DNA of 64,000 nt from a virus (Duplodnaviria; Caudoviricetes). Made by a program: the position numbers and the translations under genes. A model generated the notes under the pieces. That model ran no database searches and had not been told where the DNA came from. It was given only the letters and a program-made list of their open reading frames with translations. Below are positions 38,929 to 47,922 of this stretch, piece after piece; position 1 is the first letter of the stretch, and every line of letters starts with the position of its first letter. Location: positions 224,001-288,000 of the IMG/VR virus record IMGVR_UViG_3300013121_000005. One strand, written 5' to 3'.

Positions 38929-39152
38929 CCCCCGCAGGAGCAGTTAAATGGGCTACCTCCACTGTACCCATTCAAAACGCAACAATTTCGCTTAATTTGA
39001 GAGCAAGTCCTTCGACAGACCTCATCTCTACACCTTACCTTACAGTCTGTACAAGATGCGTAGCACATCCTTCGCTCTCCCTTTCCGAGAGAAGGTCCGG
39101 CCACAGCAACGAAAAGCAAGGTGAGTAGAACTGAAACGATGAACTTCTTCAT
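38925..39152 (-). CDS. secreted Cys-rich (10 Cys) small protein
   Basis: MKKFIVSVLLTLLFVAVA signal peptide. Confidence 0.65.
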   Translation of the reverse strand: MKKFIVSVLLTLLFVAVAGPSLGKGERRMCYASCTDCKVRCRDEVCRRTCSQIKRNCCVLNGYSGGSPFNCSCGG

Positions 39153-39514
39153 GGGTTGCGCTTCCACTTCTGACCCGGGATAGGTTGACGGGGCGGCGGG
39201 GAAGGGGGGTCAAGAGGTGGGATCGGGGGTACAGGTTTCGGGGGCTTGGGAAGCTTCGGGGGCTTGGGGGGTTTCGGGGGCTTGGGAAGCTTCGGAGGAG
39301 CTGGGAGCGTATCCTTGCCCGGATCGGAGGGTCGGTGGGGTTTCCCCTTCGGTTGTCGCTCTGGAGCTTGAGGCAGCCTCTCGTAGTTGCTCGGGTTCTT
39401 CCGGATTGCCTCTGGAGTCTTCCATTGTATGTTACCTGTGTCTCTATTCTTGACCTTCAGGCGCTTTTGGGATTCGATGAAACGACTGACAACACGTGCG
39501 ATTAGAGGGTCCAC
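39149..39514 (-). CDS. Pro/Lys-rich protein with RVVSRF leader
   Basis: MDPLIARVVSRF; PPKLPK repeats. Confidence 0.65.
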   Translation of the reverse strand: MDPLIARVVSRFIESQKRLKVKNRDTGNIQWKTPEAIRKNPSNYERLPQAPERQPKGKPHRPSDPGKDTLPAPPKLPKPPKPPKPPKLPKPPKPVPPIPPLDPPSPPPRQPIPGQKWKRNP

Positions 39515-39585
39515 TTAGGTGCTGGAACTTCAAAAGATCATGCATAGGTGATATTCCTCTTGTCCCCCTAAGAGAGTAGATACCC

Positions 39586-40140
39586 ATGGCAATGGTAGGG
39601 CTTAAGGTTCCGAAAGAGGTCGCCCGATTACTCTCAGGTATGAAAGTACCTGGGCAGAAAGAGACCTCAGACCAATATCATATCACAATCAGCTATCTGG
39701 GGGATGAAGTCCCTACCAAACAGCTTGGCAAAGCCATCGTTGCGCTACACGACGTAGCCCGAAAAGTAACACCTTTCACGGTGAGCGTCTCTACTTTGGT
39801 TGCTTTTCCTGAAGGGTCCGATGGGTACCCTATCGTGGGGTTGGTCGAATCCCCTGAGTTACACCAGCTAGAAAAAGCTGTGAAGTCGGCCTTGGGTAAG
39901 GCTGGGGTAGACTACTCAAAGAAGTTTCCGGTATATCGGCCCCATGTAACTCTCGCGTACTCCCCAGAGTCAATCCAAAATCTGGATCTAGACAGACCGG
40001 TCAATTGGTCTGTCTACGACCTTGTACTTTGGGGAGGGGATTCTGGGGATGAAAGGCTCTGCACAACGTTCCCTTTCCCACTGACTCAAGAAAAAACTGC
40101 TATTTGGCGGAGACTTGTTCAAGCTGCTCTGCACAAGTAG
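39586..40140 (+). CDS. 2H phosphoesterase (2'-5' RNA ligase/Acb1-like)
   Basis: YHITI and PHVTL HxT motifs. Confidence 0.85.
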   Translation: MAMVGLKVPKEVARLLSGMKVPGQKETSDQYHITISYLGDEVPTKQLGKAIVALHDVARKVTPFTVSVSTLVAFPEGSDGYPIVGLVESPELHQLEKAVKSALGKAGVDYSKKFPVYRPHVTLAYSPESIQNLDLDRPVNWSVYDLVLWGGDSGDERLCTTFPFPLTQEKTAIWRRLVQAALHK

Positions 40141-40809
40141 TCACCCCAACCTATCGAATCTAGTCTGAGCCTTAGGATTGGCCCTCTTATCCTTGAGGTT
40201 CATGAGTCTCTGGGAATGTAGTTGGGATTCCTTACCTACCCGAAAACCGGCGTGGGTACGTTGGTAACCGAGTCTATGGGCCTCGGTATCCTCCCCCATG
40301 ATGGAAGGTTGAGGGGCGTCATGGGCTATTGTTGGGAGCAGTAAGTTCAAAGAAACCGCCCCCATCTGAGTGGAAAAAGGAGTGGTCTGGCCTTGGGTAA
40401 CCTCTACTGAATTGAATTGAAATTGTTGAGTAACCTCTGACTGGAATTGGAATTGAACCCCAGTTCCAGTCAGGTAGCGTAGTTGAAAGACGAGTGTTCG
40501 ACAACCATATCGACCCCCTGTCCCCCGATAGACAGATAGAGCTACACTCTGAACTATGAACTGCCGGACAACATTACTCCTCGAAGGTACCAAGTTAAGA
40601 GGCAAGACGAATCCCACTGCCTCAAGATCGTCTGAAAACTGTATAGTTTCCGTAGGCTCAACCGAGTAGTCCCAAGCTGGATCCGAAACTAGCAGCCTAA
40701 CCTGCCCAGACCCCTCGACCAACGGAGACCGGAGGCCCATTAAAACTACATGGGTCTGAAACCGCTCTGGGTTGCAAATCAATTGGTCTCGGTCTAGAAA
40801 CAGCAGCAT
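40141..40809 (-). CDS. hypothetical protein with C-terminal TRFDRL tag
   Basis: Ends KAQTRFDRLG. Confidence 0.65.
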   Translation of the reverse strand: MLLFLDRDQLICNPERFQTHVVLMGLRSPLVEGSGQVRLLVSDPAWDYSVEPTETIQFSDDLEAVGFVLPLNLVPSRSNVVRQFIVQSVALSVYRGTGGRYGCRTLVFQLRYLTGTGVQFQFQSEVTQQFQFNSVEVTQGQTTPFSTQMGAVSLNLLLPTIAHDAPQPSIMGEDTEAHRLGYQRTHAGFRVGKESQLHSQRLMNLKDKRANPKAQTRFDRLG

Positions 40810-41099
40810 TACGTTCTACCGGGGGGTTTAAGTGGTCTATTCTGCTCCCAGGGGAACTCTTGCTTTGGTAGCTTGACTTGGATTACTGGAGGGGCCTGGT
40901 CCTTGTATGCCTGGTCAAGACGCAGCTCTCGGTATCTTTTCCTAGCCCAGTCTCGCTGAGCTGGAGTTAGACGAATGAATTGACCTCCCTCTAGAGAGGT
41001 CAACATATTGCGGAAAGCCCTTTCCTCATTAGCAGTCAGACTTTTTCTCCCTGCGTCGAGTAAAGCTCTTAGAAGAGTCAGATCAGTTGGTTCACTCAT
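40809..41099 (-). CDS. hypothetical protein
   Basis: Start reassigned to MSEPTDL. Confidence 0.6.
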   Translation of the reverse strand: MSEPTDLTLLRALLDAGRKSLTANEERAFRNMLTSLEGGQFIRLTPAQRDWARKRYRELRLDQAYKDQAPPVIQVKLPKQEFPWEQNRPLKPPGRT

Positions 41100-42249
41100 C
41101 GTCGTCGTCATCGTCGTCATCGTCGTCGTCATCTTCATCATCGTCGTCGTCATCCTCGTCGTCATCTTCCTCATCCTCTGTAATCTGTTCGGAGATCGCA
41201 AACTGGTAGACTTGAGCAAGGGAAGTAGGCTCGTGGAAAACTACGGTCTCCCCCTCAGTGATACGAGCATAGACTTCCGCAGCCTTCTCTGGGCTGAGTA
41301 GTCCAATATGAAGATGTCGAGAGAGCCTTCCGGGTCGTTTGAGAGCATCATCGATCTCTGAGAGGGATGCGTTGGTTGTGCAGATCACGCGGAGGTTGAG
41401 AGAGTGCCCCAAAATCCCGTCAGATACATTCAGTAGAGCACTAATAGCCGCAAGAGACCCCTTCTCTCTAGGGACAAGGGCCTTGTCTGCATCCTCGATG
41501 ACAAGGACGATGGGTTTGTTCGAGCCAGCCATTCCACGTGCTCGAACAAGCATTGGGACTAGCTGAGGTCCGGCAAGGCTTTCGACTAGGTGCGGGGGGA
41601 TCAGAACAAAAACAGCATCCAATACTTCGTGGATGATGCCTCTGACAAAGTAGGTCTTCCCGCAACCAGGGTCTCCCTCCAGGAGGGTAAGACGGCCGAG
41701 TGGGGGGTCTCGTTGCAGGTCGTCCACGATAAATTGGAAGCCCTGTGCAACCTCCCCCATGTAGTTTTCCTCTGCGAATGCTTCCCCCGCAAGTCCAACT
41801 TCAATAATTTCCACACCATTTGGACCATCCGCCAAACTGTAGACAGGTTGACGAACATGGTCAGGAAGAAGGTGGGACCCTAGCAGACCCGCTAACTTCA
41901 TGTATTGCTTCTCGTCGAAGCACATGAGGGTGGTAGATACTTTTCCGTCCACTCCAATTTGGACATTTATGGCCCCAGTGTCCCATACGAGCCAGTTGTC
42001 GAACACCCCCCGTCCGAAAATCGGACCCCCGGTCAAAACAGGAAAGGCATTTACAGCCTTACGCAGGTCCTCTAGCAGAGCCTTCTGCCCGATCTCCCCC
42101 TCCTCCTCCAAGATTCCCCTACAGGACCCAGCTAAAACGGTTTGGTTTGCCCCCAGGGCAAAGTCTAAAAGCATCCGACCCATCGGGCCGAACTTGCTTA
42201 CGTTTTCATCCGACAAGCGTGCTGCATTCCACCAAGCTGGCTTTTTCAT
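41092..42249 (-). CDS. AAA+ ATPase with poly-Asp tail
   Basis: GDPGCGKT, VIEDAD, LLNVSDG, TTN, RPGRL; start 11 nt after GGTGTA. Confidence 0.9.
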   Translation of the reverse strand: MKKPAWWNAARLSDENVSKFGPMGRMLLDFALGANQTVLAGSCRGILEEEGEIGQKALLEDLRKAVNAFPVLTGGPIFGRGVFDNWLVWDTGAINVQIGVDGKVSTTLMCFDEKQYMKLAGLLGSHLLPDHVRQPVYSLADGPNGVEIIEVGLAGEAFAEENYMGEVAQGFQFIVDDLQRDPPLGRLTLLEGDPGCGKTYFVRGIIHEVLDAVFVLIPPHLVESLAGPQLVPMLVRARGMAGSNKPIVLVIEDADKALVPREKGSLAAISALLNVSDGILGHSLNLRVICTTNASLSEIDDALKRPGRLSRHLHIGLLSPEKAAEVYARITEGETVVFHEPTSLAQVYQFAISEQITEDEEDDDEDDDDDDEDDDDDDDDDDDDE

Positions 42250-42280
42250 GTGATCTAGTGTACACCGGGCATTGCCCCAA

Positions 42281-42802
42281 ATGGTCTTCTTCATTTTTCA
42301 GGAGCTGAGGACAGCTCAAGCTTGTGCTTTCCTCTGCCAGAAGGGGTCGCTTTCCCCTTCCCAACTTTTAGCGCAATTGTACTTCGTGGAGCGAACCTCC
42401 CTGCTCCACACTGGTTACCCTCTCACGGGTTCCAGTTTCGTGAGTCTAGCGCAAGGCCCCGTGTCGCTTAATGTCTATGCGTTACTCCGAGGCACAGTAA
42501 GGTCAGCTTTCTGGGACCGCTACTTCTCATGTTCTTCGTCCAACGTGGCCTGCAAAGAATCACCAGGGGAGGATGAACTATCTGACTACGACATAGGGCT
42601 ACTTACCTCAGCAGCCTACCTTACTGCTGAAAGGGTCTTCCCAGAGTGGGAAGACCCTAACCCCTACCGCATGAAATTTCTCCCTGTTGAAAGGATCTTC
42701 GCTGTAAACGGTGTCTCAGACAAGGAGATTCGGCAACTCACTACGGAGTGGAACTACTACCAGTGGGTTGACCGGCTATTTCAAAGAAAGCCAGAGACAT
42801 GA
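42281..42802 (+). CDS. Panacea/SocA (DUF4065) antitoxin-like protein
   Basis: LYFVERxxLxxxGxPLTGxxFVxLxxGPV, ELS, PEW. Confidence 0.75.
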   Translation: MVFFIFQELRTAQACAFLCQKGSLSPSQLLAQLYFVERTSLLHTGYPLTGSSFVSLAQGPVSLNVYALLRGTVRSAFWDRYFSCSSSNVACKESPGEDELSDYDIGLLTSAAYLTAERVFPEWEDPNPYRMKFLPVERIFAVNGVSDKEIRQLTTEWNYYQWVDRLFQRKPET

Positions 42803-43137
42803 CCCTTGTAGAAGTCAAAGCCTTGCTTGCTCAATGTGCCCGGAGTGAGCTTCGCGACCTTACCTTTGGTGACGCAGAAATCTACTGGACCAAAGATGGG
42901 AAGGAAGTAGCTTTTTGCTACGAGGGGCGTACTGTACCCCTCGTGGTTTCTGGAGGGTACGAGGAAGGCAAGGCCACCTGGGAATTTCGGGATGGTGAGG
43001 CGAGGTTGCTACTCTCTTTGGGCCGACCGGTCAGAATCTCGCGGAATGATGTACCCGTCGTCTCCAAGCCTGGCAGAGTACCGCTTAAGCTAAATCTCGG
43101 AAGTGTTCTTCAAAAGTGGTTAGGGAAGAAAGTCTAG
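42799..43137 (+). CDS. hypothetical protein
   Basis: ATGA-coupled. Confidence 0.6.
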   Translation: MTLVEVKALLAQCARSELRDLTFGDAEIYWTKDGKEVAFCYEGRTVPLVVSGGYEEGKATWEFRDGEARLLLSLGRPVRISRNDVPVVSKPGRVPLKLNLGSVLQKWLGKKV

Positions 43138-43395
43138 GTCCACCAGGGCGGCATCAACCCTTTCAGCCCCCTTCAGGGCTTCTTCCAGGATAGACTGGAT
43201 CTTGGGGTGGGGTTTACCCTTGTAAAGGAAGACCCCTTCGTCCATGAGACTAACTAGCCCCTTTAGTGGAGCGAGCACCTCAAGGTGCAATTCTCGCTTC
43301 ACCTTAGCCAGTTCCCGGTCCAAGTCTTCGAGCATTTCCCCAGGGGTGGCTGAAACTCGTACAACGTGGGAGCGGCGATCGTAACTGTAGCTCAT
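43120..43395 (-). CDS. hypothetical protein with MSYSYDRR leader
   Basis: N-terminus resembles 59113-59400 (MGYNYERK). Confidence 0.6.
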   Translation of the reverse strand: MSYSYDRRSHVVRVSATPGEMLEDLDRELAKVKRELHLEVLAPLKGLVSLMDEGVFLYKGKPHPKIQSILEEALKGAERVDAALVDLDFLP

Positions 43396-43445
43396 ACCCC
43401 CCTCGAAGCATAAAGAGATCAGCACAAAGTCGGAATCAGACTGCA

Positions 43446-44537
43446 ATGTTTCACCTGACCAACTTTACGGAGTCTTCGACCAACGTCCATTCCTTGAGCA
43501 TGTTAATGCGTACTGCACTTATGTTCTGGGAACGACTACCCCACCTTGGGGTGGACCCTGAGACGGCAGACCACATCGAACTCAGTAACGTGGCCTCTCG
43601 TCTAAGTGACCAATTCTTCATGGAGATGTTTGGGCAGAAGTGCAACCCGAAATTTGAGGGTCATTCTTTTGAGCAGATCGGAATTTGGACCTCCCATGCT
43701 GTTGCAATGGAATGGTATGCCCGTTGGGGGGACCTGGCGTTCCCTCGGATCCAAACCAGCCATTCATTCGCAACTATGCTTATGGCTACGACGATTAGCT
43801 CAAAGGAGCTTGTACATGTCGAAGCTCCTTGGCCCGCTTTCCTAATTGAGGTTCCTGAAGGGCTTCTTCCAATTACGCTTGAAAAGGGTACTGTCACTCA
43901 TATCCGACGTATCCATGTAACCCCCAAATGTATGCCTGGTAACTTTCCGGATGAAAGTTGGGCACTTTGGATGGTAGGTCCTGGTGTGGAAATTCATCGG
44001 GTTGGGTCTCTGTCTGAAATCACAACACCTCGGAACAAGACAGAGCTGTCCAAAGTAACCCTTACGCGAATCGAAGACAACTTACACCATGAGCCCAAAG
44101 ATCGCTCTTTTGCGAGTAGTGATGAGGAACTAGCTTCCTTCTGGGAAGGATACAGTACCACAATAGAAGACCGTCTGGCCGTTCTGGTAGGCCGCTTGGT
44201 TATAGGGCTGTGTGTTTTCATGACCACACGAGCCAACTATACCGAGAAGGTTGTCAAGCCCGATGGGGAGTTGGCTGCCTATGCACGACGACTTGGTAAG
44301 AAACCAGAAAGTCGAATCTTCAAAGTCGGACGACCGGTGAAACTAGACTTTCGACTAGCTATCAGGTCCTACTTAGAAGGGAGCCGAGGTCCTGTGACAG
44401 TTCAAAGTCTCGTAGCTGGGCACCACAAACGACAAGCCCATGGGCCCAACAACTCCCTCCGGAAGTGGATCTTCGTTGAGCCTTACTGGAGAGGGCCAGA
44501 GGAAGGGGCGGTTGTTGTTCGCCCCCATCTGGTTTAG
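43446..44537 (+). CDS. paralog of 28637-29671
   Basis: PWPAFLIEVPEGLL; VAGHHKRQAHGP...RKWIFVEPYWRGP. Confidence 0.75.
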   Translation: MFHLTNFTESSTNVHSLSMLMRTALMFWERLPHLGVDPETADHIELSNVASRLSDQFFMEMFGQKCNPKFEGHSFEQIGIWTSHAVAMEWYARWGDLAFPRIQTSHSFATMLMATTISSKELVHVEAPWPAFLIEVPEGLLPITLEKGTVTHIRRIHVTPKCMPGNFPDESWALWMVGPGVEIHRVGSLSEITTPRNKTELSKVTLTRIEDNLHHEPKDRSFASSDEELASFWEGYSTTIEDRLAVLVGRLVIGLCVFMTTRANYTEKVVKPDGELAAYARRLGKKPESRIFKVGRPVKLDFRLAIRSYLEGSRGPVTVQSLVAGHHKRQAHGPNNSLRKWIFVEPYWRGPEEGAVVVRPHLV

Positions 44538-46144
44538 CCAATCTGGGCTTTGAGGGCAGCTACCTGAGACTTAAGGGCCGTCACTCTAGACTTTAGGGAC
44601 TTCACTTGAGTGGTAAGAGCTGAGTTCTCCGTTTCTAGGTCATTCACTTGTGTTTGTAGGGAGCCAATTTCCGCCCCCAATGATGCCACATGGGCGTCAT
44701 TTGCGGAAACTTGAGCCTGTAGGGATGTAACCTCACCCCTTAGAGTCTCAACCTCGCTTCTGAGAGTAGCTACCTCCGCCTCCAGGGCTTTGAGACCGTT
44801 GTTTTCAGCTTTTAGGGCGTCAACTTCCGACATGAGAGTCGAGTTCTCCGTTTGAAGGGTGCCTACCTGAGTCTGGAGAGAACTTGCTTGAGCTTGAAGG
44901 GTGCCCACTTGAGCTTGAAGAGTACCTGCCTGAGACTTGAGGGTCGAGTTTTCCGTTTGAAGAGTACTCGCCTGAGACTTGAGGGTCGAGTTCTCGGTTT
45001 GAAGGGTGCCCACTTGGGACTTGAGAGCCGAGTTCTCAGCAAGTAGGGCATCAACTTCAGCTTGAGTTAGACCTACCTTCAGAGATTTCTCAATGAGTTT
45101 CATCTGAGGGGAGTCCCCACTAGCGTTTGGGCATAGTGTGAATTGGTAGTTACCCCACCAAGTTGGAGGTCCGTAAGCCCACCATTGGAAACCAAGGATA
45201 ACATCCTGGTTTGCATTCATGTAGTTGATCAGGTTTGCCCACGCTTCATTAGCTATAGGGTTTGAGGCAGCAAACCCTACTTCGCAGACCATGACCTTGA
45301 CGTTGTTGGCTCGTCCCCAATCCGTAACGACTGCAAGTCTCTCTGCTCCAATTGTAGCAGATTCGATCTGGGTAACCCCTCCCGCAGCATCCTTGTCGAG
45401 ATAGAGGTGCACTTGAGCTGCTAGGTTGTTGGCAGGGTCCGACAATCGACGGTCCACTCCATTCGCATTGAGCCAGCCGTAAGCGTTTGATCTTTTTGGG
45501 CTCCCCGTGTCAAACATACTACCCGTATAGGTCCAAGACCCTGCACCTGAGTAGTAATTCCCAGGCATCAGGATCATCTGGGTAGCCCCCGTGGCCCGGA
45601 TTGCATTGATTACCCTTTGGGCAGTGGCAAACCAGGTCATAGTGGGAATCCCAAAAGGTTCGTTTGTGATGCCAAACATCACCTTAGGGTTCGCCTTGAA
45701 GATGGTTGCGAGCTGAGACCAAAGGTCAACAAGCAAATCACTCACAGGGTAAGAAACCCCACTGCCAGGAGGGGTATAAGACAACCCAACTTTTACCCCG
45801 TAGTACGCTGCGAAGGTTGGGTCGTCCCCTCCGTGAATATCTAGGATGACTGAGCACCCTTTTGCTGTAATGTAGTCTACAATCTCTTTGAATCGATCGT
45901 AGAAGACCCTAAAATTCCCCTTTAGGGCGCCTGGTAAGCTAGCTTTGGGGGTTGGCTGCAATGCCTCCCACGAGAAGAGCAGCCGAAACGTGTTCATCCC
46001 TTTCGAGATGAGGTAGTCAATTTGCGGGTTCGACACCCAAAGATAGTCTGTCCCAGAGATTGGTCCTGTGACACCAGTCTTCCAGGCTTCCTTCCAGATT
46101 GGTGACCCATTTACAAGATTTGCCCCACGGTGCTTGAGTGCCAT
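44534..46144 (-). CDS. GH5 (cellulase-family) glycoside hydrolase with long C-terminal coiled coil
   Basis: RGAN, GMNTFRL, LDIH, ITNEP (acid/base), VHLY, CEVG (nucleophile), WWAYG; heptad repeats. Confidence 0.88.
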   Translation of the reverse strand: MALKHRGANLVNGSPIWKEAWKTGVTGPISGTDYLWVSNPQIDYLISKGMNTFRLLFSWEALQPTPKASLPGALKGNFRVFYDRFKEIVDYITAKGCSVILDIHGGDDPTFAAYYGVKVGLSYTPPGSGVSYPVSDLLVDLWSQLATIFKANPKVMFGITNEPFGIPTMTWFATAQRVINAIRATGATQMILMPGNYYSGAGSWTYTGSMFDTGSPKRSNAYGWLNANGVDRRLSDPANNLAAQVHLYLDKDAAGGVTQIESATIGAERLAVVTDWGRANNVKVMVCEVGFAASNPIANEAWANLINYMNANQDVILGFQWWAYGPPTWWGNYQFTLCPNASGDSPQMKLIEKSLKVGLTQAEVDALLAENSALKSQVGTLQTENSTLKSQASTLQTENSTLKSQAGTLQAQVGTLQAQASSLQTQVGTLQTENSTLMSEVDALKAENNGLKALEAEVATLRSEVETLRGEVTSLQAQVSANDAHVASLGAEIGSLQTQVNDLETENSALTTQVKSLKSRVTALKSQVAALKAQIG

Positions 46145-46215
46145 TCCTACATGATACCCTATACCTAGGGTGGAAATCAACCAAGTTTTTCCACTTATCT
46201 TTAGGGGGGAATAGG

Positions 46216-47319
46216 ATGCTTAGGCTCATCACTCAAGTTACCCAAAGATACGCTGTTATCTTAGACGTCAAAACGGCCCTAAGAAGCTTCCGAGTCCAAC
46301 GGGCTCGTATTGAGACTGCCGTGAAAGAGGGCAATGCAGAAGAATCCCGACGCTTGTTCGGGGCCTTGGGGGAGAGCTTGCAGCCTCTTGCTAACGCTCT
46401 CGAAGGGGTTGCAATCCAGCGCTCGGACGAGCAACGAAAGCTCAAGAACGTCAAGCAATGGCTCCATCGTATCAAGTACCCCTTCAAGTCGGAGTACCTG
46501 GAGGAGTCAGACGATGAGGCCCTCTCGTGGATCTGGGGCTCCCTCGACAACATCGAGGAGGCGCTCCAGTCCATCAGCCGGGTCGCAGACCGGATCCAAG
46601 GGTACCAGGCGATCGAGAAGGAGTTTCAGCACGGACCCTTCAAGATCGTCAACAAGTACGGCTTCCGATCTGAGGAGTACGCTGAGCCACTTCAGCTTCT
46701 TGACTCGGCCATCTCAAAGCTCGAAAGTGCGGGGTTCAAGAGCCTTGCCTACGGCCTCATCTACTTGGAGAGGGCCAGCGGTTATGCGGGCATCTACCAC
46801 GCGAACGATGACACGATCGGGCTCAACGTGGAGGCGAAGAACCGCTTCAGCTCGCTCTACACGGTGATCCACGAGTTTGGGCACCGGTACTGGCACAAGA
46901 CCCTTTCCTCGGCCCAACGGGATACCTATGAGGACATCTACGCCCACGGGCGAGCCCTCACGGTCGAGCAACGACAGGACATGTGGCAGGCCCTCAAAGA
47001 GGCCAACTTTCAGCCTGCGAAAGCCGCCCGTCTTCTCCGGGACCAGTCGCTCGTCGAACGGTTCATGGTCTACTGGAAAGAACAGGTGAAGTCCACGGGA
47101 TGGGCGAGCAAGGACCTCGTGAAGCACCCCGAGTACGTTGAGCGCAACTTCTTGAGCCCGAACACCAAGTACATCTACCTGGACCTTCCCATCATCACCG
47201 TGTCCAACTACGCGAAGACCAACGTCAAAGAAGACTTCGCGGAGAACTTCGCGCACTTCGTGCTGAAGATGAAGATCCCCGAGGCAGTCATGGAACGTTT
47301 TGGTCCTACCTTGGTGTAA
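46216..47319 (+). CDS. zincin-like metallopeptidase, paralog of 18143-19879
   Basis: IHEFGHRYW; VSNYAKTNVKEDFAE. Confidence 0.75.
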   Translation: MLRLITQVTQRYAVILDVKTALRSFRVQRARIETAVKEGNAEESRRLFGALGESLQPLANALEGVAIQRSDEQRKLKNVKQWLHRIKYPFKSEYLEESDDEALSWIWGSLDNIEEALQSISRVADRIQGYQAIEKEFQHGPFKIVNKYGFRSEEYAEPLQLLDSAISKLESAGFKSLAYGLIYLERASGYAGIYHANDDTIGLNVEAKNRFSSLYTVIHEFGHRYWHKTLSSAQRDTYEDIYAHGRALTVEQRQDMWQALKEANFQPAKAARLLRDQSLVERFMVYWKEQVKSTGWASKDLVKHPEYVERNFLSPNTKYIYLDLPIITVSNYAKTNVKEDFAENFAHFVLKMKIPEAVMERFGPTLV

Positions 47320-47327
47320 AGTACGTC

Positions 47328-47846
47328 ATGTGTGCTGACAGGTACAACCTTCCGGAGCTTGGGCTAATAGAGCCCGGTCAAAGTAAGACGCGATTTGAGC
47401 TACTAGAGAAGGACATCTACGTAGTTGGGGACTCCATTCAAAATGGGGCTACTTTGACTGCATTCGCTACAGACGGTCGAATTCAGGTTCAAGTGGGTGA
47501 GGTTTTTGGCACATTCCCTGCTTTCTGGACCGGGGTGTGCTCAATAGGGTATGCTCTACAAATTGGCACAAGGGTCGAGAACCATTCAGGTACGTGCCAA
47601 GGACTAACAGACCTTGATAAGCTTCTTCTGGAAGGTCAGCGTCTAACCATAGAACGGCTCGGGCCTGCTTTTTTGGCTACCCTCTCCCGGAGCCTTCCTC
47701 CTCGAAGCTTTCATTTCAAGGGGAAAGAGCACTGGATCTATCGGAAAGAACTCCGAAAGGCGAAGGCTAATACTTACCCGAAGGCTTTATTCAACGTTTT
47801 GCAAGCCGCTCCGGAAATCTTCGAGGGGTCTATCTTGAGAGAGTAG
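47328..47846 (+). CDS. hypothetical protein with near-N-terminal TRFELL motif
   Basis: 9 nt after GGTGTA. Confidence 0.6.
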   Translation: MCADRYNLPELGLIEPGQSKTRFELLEKDIYVVGDSIQNGATLTAFATDGRIQVQVGEVFGTFPAFWTGVCSIGYALQIGTRVENHSGTCQGLTDLDKLLLEGQRLTIERLGPAFLATLSRSLPPRSFHFKGKEHWIYRKELRKAKANTYPKALFNVLQAAPEIFEGSILRE

Positions 47847-47922
47847 AGGGCGACGGCCGCCTTGGACCAACGCCAAGAAGGCGGGCATTCCGGGGGCTGA
47901 GGGGCGGGGGTCCGATAGACGT

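Noticed and set aside
41100-41219. Thr/Met-rich N-terminal extension of ORF 40809-41219
   Set aside because: Alternative-frame reading of the poly-Asp tail of the AAA+ gene; the likely start is 41099
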